A stretch of DNA of 57,646 bases, the filler included, from Circinaria calcarea (lineage: Eukaryota): NCBI GenBank assembly GCA_051942165.1. It is 3 parts of 3 records of this genome, joined end to end, with 100 filler letters (N's around TTAATTAATTAA, not from the genome) between each part and the next. Parts side by side here need not be neighbours in the genome. Positions count along the whole stretch, not along the records: positions 1 to 19,169 come from JAVECS010000214.1; 2 more parts are not named here. One strand, given 5' to 3'. The translations under genes and the position numbers were made by a program. The notes below the pieces were generated by a model, which ran no database searches, was not told the DNA's origin, and saw nothing but the letters and a program-made list of their open reading frames with translations. This document shows positions 1 through 12,842 of this stretch, one piece after another (positions within the stretch are counted from its first letter, which is position 1; every line of letters begins with the position of its first letter).

Positions 1-740
1 TTATTTAATTTATATAAATATTTATTAAATTTTTTTCTTAAATTTCTTAATCTACGTTTTCGAAATATAAAATTTTTTTTATTTACGAACTCGGTCGCGT
101 TTTCTATTAAAATTTTATTTAAAATAAATTAAATAATAAAAAATATAAATAATATTATAATAATTAATATTATTTTAATATATTTAAATTATATATATAT
201 AAATCCCGAAGAATTATTATATCAGGAATTATAAATAATATTAAATTTTATTTATTATTTTAATATTTTTTTTAAATTTATTCCAGAGGCGTAGATAGCC
301 GGATATATTTTCAAAACTTATTAAATGATATATATTATTTTTTTATTAATTTTTTTAAATACCTCTAATTTGGCCAGTCGGATTATTTATTAAATACTTC
401 TTTTAATAAAAAGTTTTTTTAATATTCCGATAATTAATTTATTATATTAGGATTTAGAAATAATATTAAAATCGGTTTTTTATTCCGGTATTTTCTCGTT
501 AACCCAATACCTCGTGACCTCGGTGTATAGTTCATCTATAGGGTTCGTAGGGGTTCTCGGGTAGAGCCTTTATAAGAGCTCTTTAGCAATAATTCATACG
601 CTTACGCGAACCCATTGAGCTCATTATCACATAGTTTACCAACCCTTATTCGTAAGATCATTATATTATTCGTAGAGGATCCTTACAAATTAGACCGAAA
701 AATATAAAAAAAATTGAATTTTTTACGGTTACTTTAAGTA
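1..740. mobile_element. AT-rich degenerate repeat or transposon relic, probably RIP-mutated
   Basis: Very AT-rich with abundant TpA and few CpA/TpG. No ORF of 60 aa or more. Composition shifts to balanced GC near 740. The family is not recognisable. Confidence 0.6.
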
Positions 741-1134
741 TTTCGCAGCGACTCCAGCAGAATTTTGCTCGGATCGGACAGGGTCGTGCCCAGATTTAAA
801 CCCTTCCACTTGTTCTTCATTCCAGGGCAAATAGCTGGGAGCTCACCTACGTGGAGTCGTAATAATATGAACATCATGCCAGGTGTCCGAAAGAATGAGA
901 GTCTGCCGTCGGCATCTCACAATTCGAACATTGACGGCAATGCAACAAGTAGCGCACTGCAAGAAATGCAATAAGCAAAACCAGCCATGAACAGCTTCAA
1001 TTACTGAATAGTAAGAGCTCAGATATCCATCACTGGAGGGTTGTAATGTGCAATATACCCCCCCTGGATCTCACCACCTACCAGTCTAGTTTTTACAGTT
1101 TAGGCTGCGTGAGCAGTTCTGTGAAAGATATGAA

Positions 1135-2860
1135 TTATTTATCGATTTGTTCAATAGGCCGAGGAGGGTATTCATCATTTGGTTTTGGTGCTGCATTCGG
1201 CTTTTTCCGTCGTCGGAATACCTGTTCGATATTTCGTATCCTTTCTCGCAATTGGAACGAACGTGGCTCATCGGAATCCCTATCCCAGGAGTCGGTAACA
1301 CGGAGTACAGATCGTGGCACATGATAGCCTATTTTCCCGAGCGGTACACTTAAGCCATGAACAGTCTTTGGATGGCATGTGAGTCAGTCTTGTAAAGCAC
1401 CTCTCCCATGTGCGAACTTACTATGCTGCAGATAACGAGGAACCAGACGACCACTACCATAACTTCCTCCAGACGAGCGGCGTCTCCACGAAGCTTTCCA
1501 TCCACGTTAATTTGTTGAAGGAATTCCAGGCCAATGTACAGGTAGAATATGGCACTCACGCCAATAGGCCCGAAAAACCCAACAAACAGCGCCTGCCGTT
1601 TCTCCTCAATCTGTTCGATATTGTAGTGCATCGCATATACCACCGGCAATCTTCTGAAGAGAAGGATCAAGACGCCAAGGAAGACCAGTCTGTTGATTGG
1701 GATGACACCGTTACGTAAAAACATCGCCCATGGGCAGACAGCACCGTACCACATGAAAACCGAGAGATTGAGTAGCATGTCGATCGTAGGCTGTAGCGAA
1801 TCGTCTAATGTCTCTATGCGGAACCAATCACTTGAAACCGTTAGCAGGTCCGTTAACCCTGTGGTTGACCAACCTACTCTATGGTAAATACATTGCCCGC
1901 GACGAAACATGCAAGGACATCGTCACTGCCAATCATACCGCAGGTACCGAGAATGAAGAGCTACTCAGGAATTCAGCTGGAAACTCCGAAGCCAAGGTTT
2001 GACGGCGCACAGCGAGTGTGATGGCAAAAACAAGGAAGCTTTCCCGATCCACAAACTTCCGTTCTTCAGCCCAGTGTAGCAACTCTTTGGCAATCCATCC
2101 CACGGCTGCCCCATACAAGATACTTAAGAGGATCGTGTAGCCCCAAGTCTCGCCGAACCACAAGCCCATGGCAAGCCTTGCCCCACCCGACTGCCCAGCT
2201 CCACCCTCACCGGTGTACTTGGTAAGGTAGAGAGCGAAGAACAAGAATGGATAGCCTAGGCCGTCGTTGGCACCTGACTCAGCAATGATGATTTTTTGCA
2301 ACTCTTTAGGGATATTCTTGTCTGCAAATTTGCCTTTGACAATAGAATTCGAAAGCACCGGATCCGTTGGTGTGATACAGGCGCCAACCGCCAAAGCGTG
2401 GAGAAATGGAATGTGCGGAACCATGGCCCAGATTAGAAGACTGCTACATAGCCACATACCGGCCATTCCCAGCCCTAGCAGCCATGACAAACTTCTCCAT
2501 TCGCGAAACAAATATTTGCTCGGTAACTGCACACCGGCAAGTACCAGCTGAATCCCAAGGACGAGGCGAGAAAAGGACAGCGTGATGAATGCAAGGCCGT
2601 CCCGAGACCCATTGGCGTAGTCTAGGGGTTTGATGAAGTTGGCTGCATGAGGCGAGCACGTGACCCCAGCGAGCAGAGAAATCACTAAGCTTCTTCATTA
2701 GGTACTCAAAGTATTATCTCGTACGCATCAGGAATCCCTTACATGCCTCTGATAGATAGAAACGCTCCTTGAAAAGGTATGAAACAAGGCCGAACAGTGA
2801 TATAAAGCCACCCAGCGTTGCGCAAACAATGTTGAAATTGGTCACTGCTAATGTCGGCAT
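1135..2860 (-). CDS. Na+(K+)/H+ antiporter, CPA1 family (Nha1/Sod2-like), multi-exon
   Basis: Spliced product starts MPTLAVTNFNIVCATLGGFISLFGLVSYLFKERFYLSEA. It contains TPTDPVLSNSIV, ESGANDG, GSDDVLACF, RRLP, GFFGPIGVSA and VHGLSVPLGK. Introns include 2685-2742. The 3' end is the least certain part. Confidence 0.9.
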
Positions 2861-3524
2861 CATGTGCTGTTACTGCGAACGAGGAGTCCTCCTCGAAGCT
2901 CCAAAGATGATTCGCTCGAATTGATGGGCGCGCGACCCCTTGCCCATATCAACTGCTCAAAGTGCCCTGTGAGAATCGTCGACTTTGTGGTTCAAGAGCG
3001 TGCAGGAATGCAACACGAGAGAGTACTGCGTAATACTTCGTGTTGTTGTCCAATATCTATTCAGTGTGGGAAGTGGCATTGCTTAATAAGCCGATTCGGG
3101 GCCGGGGCAACCTCAGCGGAACAGGAGCAGCAATACCCCGTAGATAGGGTAGTTTCTCGTGTCGTGGTTGTACAAGCAAAGGTCCGGACTCTGTCTCTCT
3201 ACCTTATCTATCCTACGCACATCTGGCCCACTTGTATACATATGATAAGCCCAAAGCCTCAGACTGGCAGATCTGTGCCCAAGATCCTCGTGGTGATACG
3301 GGTCTTGCTCTATAGAATTCTCGGTAGAGGCGGTGCTCGCCTTGGAATGGAGCAGCACGCTCAGCTCTCAATTGAATACCCACATCGTCTCTATTCTACT
3401 TACTGTAGATGAATCTGGGCGGCTAGGATTAAAGCTCACTAGCTAGGAGAGCGGGCAACTCGATACGGGGCACGTACGGCTTCTAATCTACGCGCACGGC
3501 CAGTATGAAAGAAACTGCAAAGTC

Positions 3525-4999
3525 TCACATGAAATCTTTTAACAGAGCCCCGGCACCTTTGGCACCATCCACGGCAAGCCTGTCAGCCGCCTCATTCCCG
3601 GGATGTCTGGCATGACCCTTAATCCATTCAAATTGCGTCTGCGACCCCAGCGCGGTGCGCTCCTCTATCCTAACCAGAACATTCTCCACAATATCTTTAT
3701 TTTCGACCGGCTTCCCCGCCGACGTCCTCCATCCGTTCTTGCGCCAATTCACGTACCAAACGGTAACGCAGTCTATAGCGTATCGACTGTCCGTTACTAT
3801 GGCTACATCCCTATCCCTTGGGACCGAATCGAGCGCACGTAGTATTGCCGTCAGTTCAGCACGCTGATTAGTTTGACGAGGTCCCGGAAGGGCCTCTGAG
3901 AGATTTCTAGAGTTCGACCAATCAGTATTGATGTGACCTCTGAACTTCACGTGTCGAAAGAGAAGGTCATGACAAACCTCCTGTCCTCGGGGCCGAAATA
4001 TACCCCAACTCCTGCAATAGCGCCCTCGGTCCCGTTTCCGATGGAGCTGCCATCAGTATGTATTCGTAGAATCGCGTCGGGGCTCGGCCCTACAGCCTGT
4101 AGTCGAGTAGCTTCTCTTTGAGCTTGTGTTTTGTAGACAACGTTGCCGCTCTGGACGTCTAAGGTAATGTTCGGATCGAAGCCATCTTCGGCAGCAGGTG
4201 CAAGAGGTCCCGCACCCGGTTCGTACTCGTCTTCATTATACTCCATGGCAACCGACTTCGAGTTCTTACATGAACCATTGCTGACTGAAACGTTTTTCTT
4301 GTTTTTCTTGGGCAGAGGACCCTTCGTGCTGATATCTACGCCGTATCGCATGGGGTCAGAGGCTAGGTCCTGGGTGTCGGTATTGGTCGTGTCGTTTTCC
4401 CCCGTGAAGATCGAATCTCCTTCATCCAGAAACCGTTGCGCTTCAGTCCTGGTGGAGAAGCACTTTTGTTTGGGTTTCTGCCATCCTGTAATCTGCTTTT
4501 GTGCTGAAGGCCAATCCGTATAAATGCCGGGGACTCTTCCGCTCCTGACGGCATAGAACTTGTAAGGCGGAGAAGATGACCCACCATGAGTGCCCTTGCC
4601 AGGATCCTCTCCAGCTATAAATCGCTCCGCATCGGTCAAGGATGGGAAAGATTTGACTGGTCATGTTGGATCAGCTGAGGCCGGTGAGTTCTGGGTAGAG
4701 CAAAACTGACAGGTTGCATTTTTGAACCCCTTCACTTGCTCAAGGCAATCTTTCCAGCTGTGGTATATCCCTGGATGATAGCCCACTCGAACAGCATAGA
4801 ACTTAGGCTCGGTTGCCCTCTTCCTCTTTGTACCCGATGATGTCGAGGTGGCAGCAGGGGATGCAGATTTCATTGATGCCCCATCATCGGTATCCATTGA
4901 GGTTTTGGATGTGGCCAGTGATATGGCAGCACTTGCGGAAGGTGGCATGAGGACTTTGGAATGGGTAAGGTCTGAGAGGGGAGTTAGAGTGTAGGACAT
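3525..4999 (-). CDS. RNH1: Ribonuclease H1 with two N-terminal hybrid-binding domains
   Basis: Two KFYAVRxG..PGIY..W domains, then catalytic motifs HTDGS, QTNQRAELTAI, TDSRY and WIKGH..HPGNEAADRLA. Two introns near 4650-4712 and 3909-3980. The start may be 4999 or 4948. Confidence 0.93.
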
Positions 5000-6015
5000 A
5001 GAAAGATCCTAGCTGGTCTAGTGATACTCACCGAGGAAGTAATCGCGAAATCCTATCTGACTCAATAATGGCCTTGTAGTGGGCAGCTTGGGCAGAAACC
5101 ACCGAGACAGATTGCCCACTCCAGGCCGGTGAGATCGGAGCAGTGAGTGCTCTGCAACCGGGGATTGGCCAACCTTACAAAATCTACACCAGTGAAGGAA
5201 CTGTCCACAATCGGGGAAATGTAGGTTCAATCATGGGACGATATCCTTGGCTTCTAGGAGGAAATCGAAATGGACGTTTAGCGCTGTGTGCACAAAAATG
5301 CCCTTGGTAATTAGGGGGAGGAGGAGGAGGAGGAGGAGGAAGCAGAAGAAGAAGAAGGGGTGAGTGATGCTCTGTACCTTATTCATAGACCATCCCGGAA
5401 GGAGTGGGGGGTGGCTGAAGGTTTGAAGCCGATAATTCTAAGATCGATGGATTTCTCAGGTATCGATTTCGAAGTCCTTACACCGGAAAGTGAAATAGAA
5501 CAAAGACCATACCAATTGAGTGTCAGATTTCCTTAAAAGTCACCTAGTGTGCTCCTCACTCATTACATATAGTTGCAGGGGAAATAGGTGTTAGCGTGGT
5601 TTTTTGCAACAGTTCCAAACCATATTTTAATTATTTAAAAAGCCAGAATGTGTATTGGAAGGCCATCACAGTTTCCCCTAGCTGGTATAATTATCGTTAA
5701 GTACAAGTGGTAATCGAGAACTGGTCTAACAACTGTCTCCCACGCGACTACAAGTACATGATTATGACTCATTCCCATGCTTCTAGATTCTGAGCCCGAT
5801 GCAAGTTTGCAATGCAATCCTGTCCTTTCATAACCCTAATTCGAGTTGTTGTTACATGCGCAAAACCAAGAAATCAACCGGGTCGAAAGGACGTCAGTGG
5901 TCCCCGGCGGGCGAACCTCCGGACCTCCCAGTGGCCGTGTTACTTTAGACCAGCCAACGCCATGCTAGGATGCAGGAAATGTAACATATGGGCATCCTGA
6001 CAGCATTCGGACGCC

Positions 6016-8753
6016 TTAATTCAGATGTGAAGTCGCCCGTTGGAGCTGATAGTCCGGCACATGGTGGAACCAGTCCGTCTCCGCGTTGTATCGATATGCT
6101 TTGAACTCCACTCCATATGGTTTCTAAATGATGTTAGCCCACGAGCTAACGCTATGACAGAATAGCGGCGTGTCCAGAATTCGTCAGGCAGGGTCTCTAT
6201 CATACAGCAGTTTCCTAGACAAGTGCTCCGTCTTCAGACTGACGAGCCTAGTGCCAGGCATTGAATCTACAACAAACCAAGCGGGGTAGAACGGTACGTG
6301 AACCGAGACAAATTGAGAAAAGCATAGATGAAGGGAACTGTGATTGGCGCTTACCGGTTCAAGCATGTAAAGCATGCCCAAGGGGACATCTAGGTCGGCA
6401 ACATCATGACGCTTGAGGCCCTTGAAATATGCGAGTAGCACGCGAGCGACCGAGCGGTGCCCGACCAAGAGTACATGGTCTGTCATGCGTTCTACCTCCA
6501 CAATAACTGCGCGAAGTCGGTTGATGATATCAAGATAGCCTTCGCCTCCGGCTCCAGGGTAGCGATAATGCAGTTTATCACGCCTTCGTAATTCATATTC
6601 GTCGCTGTGCTTGGTCCTTATCTCCTCATAAGTCATACCCTCCATGCTGCCAGCATTCAGTTCGTCCAGCATCTTCATCTGCTTGATATCAAAGTCCTCC
6701 TCGTCAAAGTATTGCGCTGTTTGGATGCTCCTTTTCAGCATAGATGTCCAAACGCAGAAACTCTTTGAAGAGTGTCGATCCTTTTGATTATAGTGAGCCG
6801 AGTACTCTGGATTAGGAGGTGTTGTATCGCCAGGTCGAGGTGGAAAATGGGTTGATTTGGCTTTGTCCTGCTGACGGACGTCCCAAGCTTGACGCTCATG
6901 GATCATGAACTTCGTCAGAGCCTTCGCATACATCTGGCCATTCGAATTCAGTTCGGAATCTCCTCCAATTTTGCCATTGACATTATCCATAGATTCGCCA
7001 TGTCGTGTAATCCATATCTGTCTTGGTGAAAGGTTGAAATTCAGCAGGTAATACACGGTTTGAGCAGACAAAAAACCCCGGATTTGGTGGGAAACGATTT
7101 TGCGCCCCACATCGATCATCTGTTGTGCGTCAGTCAGTTTATTCAACAAGCACGAATCGGCTTTGAGAGAATTTCACCTGAACATAAGGCATGTCATTGC
7201 GCTCTTCATAATCACCCAACGGTACATAGCTTTTTTGGTACAGAGCCACACGTTTTTTAAAGTCGGCAAGAGCTGTGACAGGATCGTGATCCTTGTAGTC
7301 AGGACCAGAAAGCTTTAGCCTCATATTTGATTCTAGCAACTACCATATGGTTCAGTCTCTCGCCACTCTCGTTTTGAATTTGAGAAGACATACGTTCTCA
7401 TCAACGCACAGGGATTCTAGGAAAAGAACACCTAATTCCGGACCAGCGCGCTCACGGATTTTTTCCATGATGAGTTTTCGTCTGTCCAAAGTACTATTGG
7501 TCGCGTCAAAAATCCCGACAGAGCCACCTTCATCGAGAATATAGTCCAGTAATTCATCCAAAGTTGACATAGCCACCTGGTCTCGGATATGAGCAGCCTT
7601 TGTGTTCTCAGGGTCAAAGAAGTCTGCAGTCTGTTCAAGTGCTTCAGTGTTTGGGTGATCCACTGTTGTATGGCTTCTTGATATATCATCCACTCGCTGG
7701 TCCTTCTCGAGCCTTCCATTGAACCCATTGGCCAAGCTCGTATTTGATGGATGATGTGGTTGATCAGTGGGGTCCATCGCTGGCGGAGGAAGAATATCGT
7801 TCTGAGGCTCTCCATGTACGAAGTTCCCATTGACCAAGATCTTCGCAGCAAATGTTGTCGGGCTTGAAGTAGTATGCTGAGAGAGGATACTATTGATAGA
7901 TACGGTACACCCTTCCACCTGGGGAACGTTCGTATGTAGAAATCTCTTTGACGTGTTCGCTGGAAGGGCCAGTCGGCCAGGAACGCCCGCCACCACACGC
8001 CTTCTTTCACCCACGTTGAAGATCTTGGTGTCATGTTGCAACCAATTCAAGTACCTGGCGATCTTCTTTGTCACATAGCTCTTCCCCCTTGCTGGTAGTC
8101 CCACCATCACGATAACCAACTTCGAACCAACATCACGCTGTGATATCCTCCCGTCGGGGGACACCTTTGATCTCGTGAGGCCTGGAATGTCAAGCGTGGT
8201 GGGTCGGCTGCGAGATGGTGCACATGAGCCGGAGTCCTGCCGTAAGGGAGGCCTGAAAGCTAGATTAGATGACTAGAAAGGTCGGGAGGAAAACACTCTA
8301 GGGAGACGATAGAGAGTAGCTGAACCACGTGAAGCATGACACCGTAGGTAGAGAAGACGGGGAAAGGGGCACACACAATAGCTAAAAAGGATTTGGGGTC
8401 ACTAACATTCTTGGACTGTTAGGCGCCGTCGTCGTAGGCGTGTCTGTCAGCGCAGTACCAACGCCATTGCCGTACTTAGGCGTAAGCTGCGACGCCTTTA
8501 CGGTGCTTTCTGGAGGAGCCTTCAAGGACGCCATGCTCTCTTTATCGGCCTGGGGACCTTTTGGATCATGAGTAACTTCTGATGGGGCGGCCGCAAAATG
8601 TTTCAGGATCGCGGCCTTCGCAAAGACGGAGTGTTGACTTTGCTTCCGATCGGCAGAGGCGCATAGGGAAACATGTTCGGCCAGAGGCTTCTCGGGTTGA
8701 CTTGTATAAAAGACGAAAGGCCGGTCTATCAGGTCTTCACATAGCAGTGGCAT
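6016..8753 (-). CDS. PFK26: 6-phosphofructo-2-kinase/fructose-2,6-bisphosphatase (Pfk26-like)
   Basis: P-loop MVGLPARGKSY, DATNST, FLESLC and phosphatase motif WITRHGES. The last exon reads KPYGVEFKAYRYNAETDWF..HLN* with the stop at 6016. The start codon is uncertain. Confidence 0.9.
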
Positions 8754-9985
8754 GGAACAGCTACGGTAGACGGTTCGACGCTAGAATCTTGCCCAGTTCT
8801 CCGGTGGATGTACAGGCAGTCTCGTGGGCAAACTCTCTGCTGGTTCACGGCGCGTCTGGAATGAAAATGCTAAGAGGCTTTGGCAAGTGGTACTTGGAAG
8901 AATAGGAGGAATTTAAGGGTATTGCCTGAGATTGTGGTTATGGTCCTTCGGGATATCGCAGTGGGCAGCCGAGTGTCATGGAAACGCTGAAGTGGTTGGA
9001 AATGTTGAAGATGTCGGTATCCATCGTCATCTCGATTTGTCATTTCCCAACGGCTGAACTCCACCCATGCCCTCACTGGTTGTCAGGGATGATTGCGCAG
9101 TCGGGCTGAGTCCCGAACGTTACCTGTTTTGTAACTCTGAGATATATTATACATGGTAAGGTATCTGGGCTACTAAAATAGAAGTTTGGGTGGGACAAAT
9201 GATGATTGTTATAGGAGCTTATCCTGCTTCTCCAGCCTTCACAGCGTGCAATGGGGATTGGAACGCGTTCTTCCTAATCCTCACGTCAATCAGCTACTGA
9301 TTCTATCCGCATACCTTAACACAAAAGAGCTTCTCTACCAATCACAGCGTAAACTTCATGATCGTGCGCGCCTCACGGCGGGCCGTCTTGGCTACCGGCC
9401 TATCACCTTGCTTCCATAGTACCAACTACCGTAGCACTTGATGATGCACTCTTCGACCCTGGACTAGAATATCTATCTTAGCACTTCTGGTGTACACGTT
9501 TTGTGACTGGGGGTTCTCCGAAGTAGATAGGTAGTAAATTGTACATACCTAGTAGAGACCATGGATGCCGACGGTCCATTGAACGTACAATACGGCGTAC
9601 CATCAAAAACCTGACGGCCAGAAGTTTGGATCGGTGACCGAAGTCGACGAGTAATGAAGCCATCCACAAACTCTGGTGACTACGTAAATGAAATAAACAT
9701 CGTGTAGGGAATTTACAGGCGCCGAGGATTATATTCCTTGGCCGGTTAATTCCAAAATAGCTGACTATATCGCCTCCTGGCCAACCAACTTATTCATCAC
9801 CGCTAATAGATCGATGAGCCCGAGAATTTTAGCTGCAAATAAGTCTCTGTACACAGCGTGAGACTCAACTATACTAGGTTGCCCGATCCAAAGCGGTCGC
9901 CTATGGCTGAAGGGTGTGATAGACGCTCGTCTGAAAACGTTTTGACTGCGGCTGTAGAACAAAGTGGCCCGTGAACCCAATGATC

Positions 9986-10460
9986 TCATCCATTTCCTAG
10001 CTTTAGTGTCAATCCTAGGAGGCAGCCGTACGCGGCGACCGACAGTGCAGTCAGCACCACGACCACATTTCCACTCGTTCTGAATTTCTTCCGATTCAGT
10101 CCATCTTCCCCAATTTCCGAGAAGAATTGTTTATTGCCTTGCTGTCTCCGCAGGAAACTAGTAAGAAGGACGCCGGCCCCATAGACGGCGAAGAGAGCGC
10201 CGATGCTGTAAAACTCGGAGGTAAAGATCTTCAGGACGACCAAGGCAAAGGAAAATTGTGAGAGGGCCGTTCGAATGTAAGCCCCCTCAAAGGTGCGTTG
10301 TGCTGCGCGAACCTCGACAAGCTCTTCGTCAGTCAGTACGACAGATCGCGCCCGATGCATGCGTAGGTGATATCTGTCCCCAGCACGAGACTGTCGACTG
10401 TCAGCACGCCTGTCTTACGGGATGACGGTTGCTGTTCGGGTGTGGCAATACCTCAAACAT
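9986..10460 (-). CDS. Small DUF202-like membrane protein (about 3 TM)
   Basis: ORF 9986-10360 with AAQRTFEGAYIRTAL followed by three hydrophobic helices. A probable 9-nt first exon (ATG at 10460) is separated by an intron at 10391-10451. Confidence 0.7.
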
Positions 10461-10846
10461 TGCATCCAACACCTTCAAACATCGACGACAAGATAGTTGC
10501 TTTGAAATAATACTAGAATATAAACAAGTTTTTGTACCATGGGACTTTAGATTCCGCGGTGAGTTGTTGTCAGTAAGGCCATTAGCCAGTGAGAAGTCTT
10601 CCCCGGAAACTCTCTCGGGAGGCCGGAAGAAATTACCCGACTCAGTGACTGACACGGGAAGTTTTGCGCGCCGACATAATTTGAACAGCAGAGTTGCCGT
10701 CAGAGTCTCCAAGGGGACTTCCATCGCTTCATCGGATGTGTACGAGAGAATGATATAATAGTCTGCTATCGGCCGTCCTGGTAGGCCCTACTATCACTCT
10801 CAGGGGGATATTGTGGCAAGTTGATAGAATTTCTATTGCGTTCAAC

Positions 10847-12696
10847 ATGTCCAAGGTCTTTAACGCAGCGGAAGGTGTGTACAGTTGCTGCCTTTTTCGT
10901 CCATGATCCCTTCTTCTTCTTCTTCTGCCGCATCGAGTGAGTGTTCGGGAATGCCGAACCTGCACAGAAGATATACGTATAGACAGCCGCCTGCCCTCGA
11001 TATCGCTATGCTTCGTCAAAGATTGTCAAGTAACGGGGTTTCCCTCGCAACCTTTACTAATCCACCCCCTTTCCCACTACAGTTGCCAGGCATAACAACC
11101 CGGAGTCGTGCTGGGTGGTTCTTTACGGCCATGTGTATGATGTTAGGAGCCTGGAAGTTGCTACCCAGCGGACGACTAAGCGACGTTCTAGGTCACCAAT
11201 TTTCTGTCATACCACCCCGGCGGCACGAAGATAATCTTAAAGCTGGCTGGCCAGAATGCCACCGAGGAATACGATCCCGTGCATCCCCCTGGTACATTAG
11301 AGGAGCACCTTGCGCCAGAGTCAAAGCTTGGTAAAATAGATCCGGACACGTTACCTAAGGATCAAGCGCGTAAAGAGGAACAGCATCTCCGGGAGGATGG
11401 GCCTCCGCCACTTGACAGCCTCCTGAACCTTGATGAAATCGAAGATATCGCAACGAAGCAGCTGAGTCGCAAAGCCTGGGCGTATTACTTTTCGGCTGGT
11501 GACGATCTCATCTCGAAGCGATGGAATAACGAAGCTTTCCGCGCAATTTTACTCCGACCAAGAGTATTTGTTGATTGTGAGACATGCGACCTCTCTACCA
11601 CGTTGCTGGGTCAGAAGGTTGGGCTTCCGATTTACGTCGCACCCGCCGCAATGGCTCGGTTGGCGCATCCGTCTGGCGAAGCAGGTATAGCAAAGGCATG
11701 TTCGAGATTTGGAGCCATGCAACTCATATCGAACAATGCGTCCATGACGCCCGAGCAAATTGTGGCAGAGGCACCGGTAGGCCAGGTGTTTGGATGGCAG
11801 CTCTATGCTCAAATCAACAGGAAGAGAAGTGAGGATATTCTTTTCCGAATTAACAAGCTTTCCGGAAAAATCAAGTTTGTTTGCCTGACCCTCGATGCGC
11901 CCGTGCCTGGGAAGCGAGAACACGATGAAAAGTCAAAGAACATTGCCTCCGATTTGCCAGTGACGTCCGCAGTACAATCAAGTTCTGTCAGCAAACCTGG
12001 TGCAGGCGGTATTGGGGCTGCACTCTTCGTTGGTACCTCGCCCAAACTGACTTGGAAAGAAACTTTGCCGTGGCTGTCGAAGCATACTTTATTACCGATC
12101 GTCTTAAAGGGCATTCAGACCCATGAAGACGCCTATCTCGCTTCTCTACATGCTCCGCAGGTCATAGGTATCATACTCTCCAATCATGGCGGAAGGGCTG
12201 CCGACACCGCACCACCGGCCATGCATACACTCCTCGAGATTCGCAAGTATTGTCCAGAAGTCCTAGATAAGATTGAAGTGCTTCTCGATGGGGGTATCAG
12301 GAGAGGGACCGATGTGGTGAAAGCGCTTTGTTTAGGTGCCCGCGGGGTAGGTATAGGCAGAGCCGCTCTTTGGGGCTTAGGGGCAGGTGGCCCCGCAGGA
12401 GTTGAGCGAACACTCGAGAGTATGTCAAGAAAACTTAAGGCAACTAATGCGGGAATTCTAGCACTGACGTGCCGTGTATCAGTACTGCAGGAGGAGTTGA
12501 AGACTGTGATGCGTCTGCTGGGAGCCCGTAGGGTGGCAGAGCTAGGACCGAAACATGTTAGATGTGGCTTTTTAATCTGCTAAGCAAAGCACCTGCTGAT
12601 ATATCCTAGGTCAATACCCGGCTGCTCGAGCAGCAGATCTATGATGGTCCAGCTGGTCTTGAAAAGGTTGGAATGCGGATCTCGTCTAAGCTTTGA
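10847..12696 (+). CDS. Flavocytochrome b2-like FMN-dependent 2-hydroxyacid dehydrogenase (cytochrome b5 + FMN_dh domains) with C-terminal PTS1 SKL
   Basis: Spliced N-terminus [47 protein letters not shown] is a b5 domain with both His ligands. AWAYY, QLY, LKGIQ, SNHGGR and DGGIRRGTD follow. The last exon is [28 protein letters not shown]. Confidence 0.9.
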
Positions 12697-12842
12697 GGAA
12701 CTATTTAAGAGTACCACCTTTCTACCCTGCATGGTAGAGGCATCTGCTCTCAATTAGAACCCTTTGGAATCTGTTACGAATTGTATATGAGACTGTCATC
12801 TATCATGCGCTCTTGAAAGACGAAATGGATGCTTAAATAATA

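Noticed and set aside
2864..3412. 182-aa plus-strand ORF
   Set aside because: No recognisable motifs, non-ATG start, and it lies over the antiporter promoter region. Likely spurious.
5310..5360. GGA/GAA triplet run
   Set aside because: An ordinary purine/pyrimidine tract upstream of RNH1.
5567..5690. Short inverted AGGGGAAA/TTTCCCCT pair suggesting a MITE
   Set aside because: Only about 8 bp match, with no convincing TIR extension or TSD.
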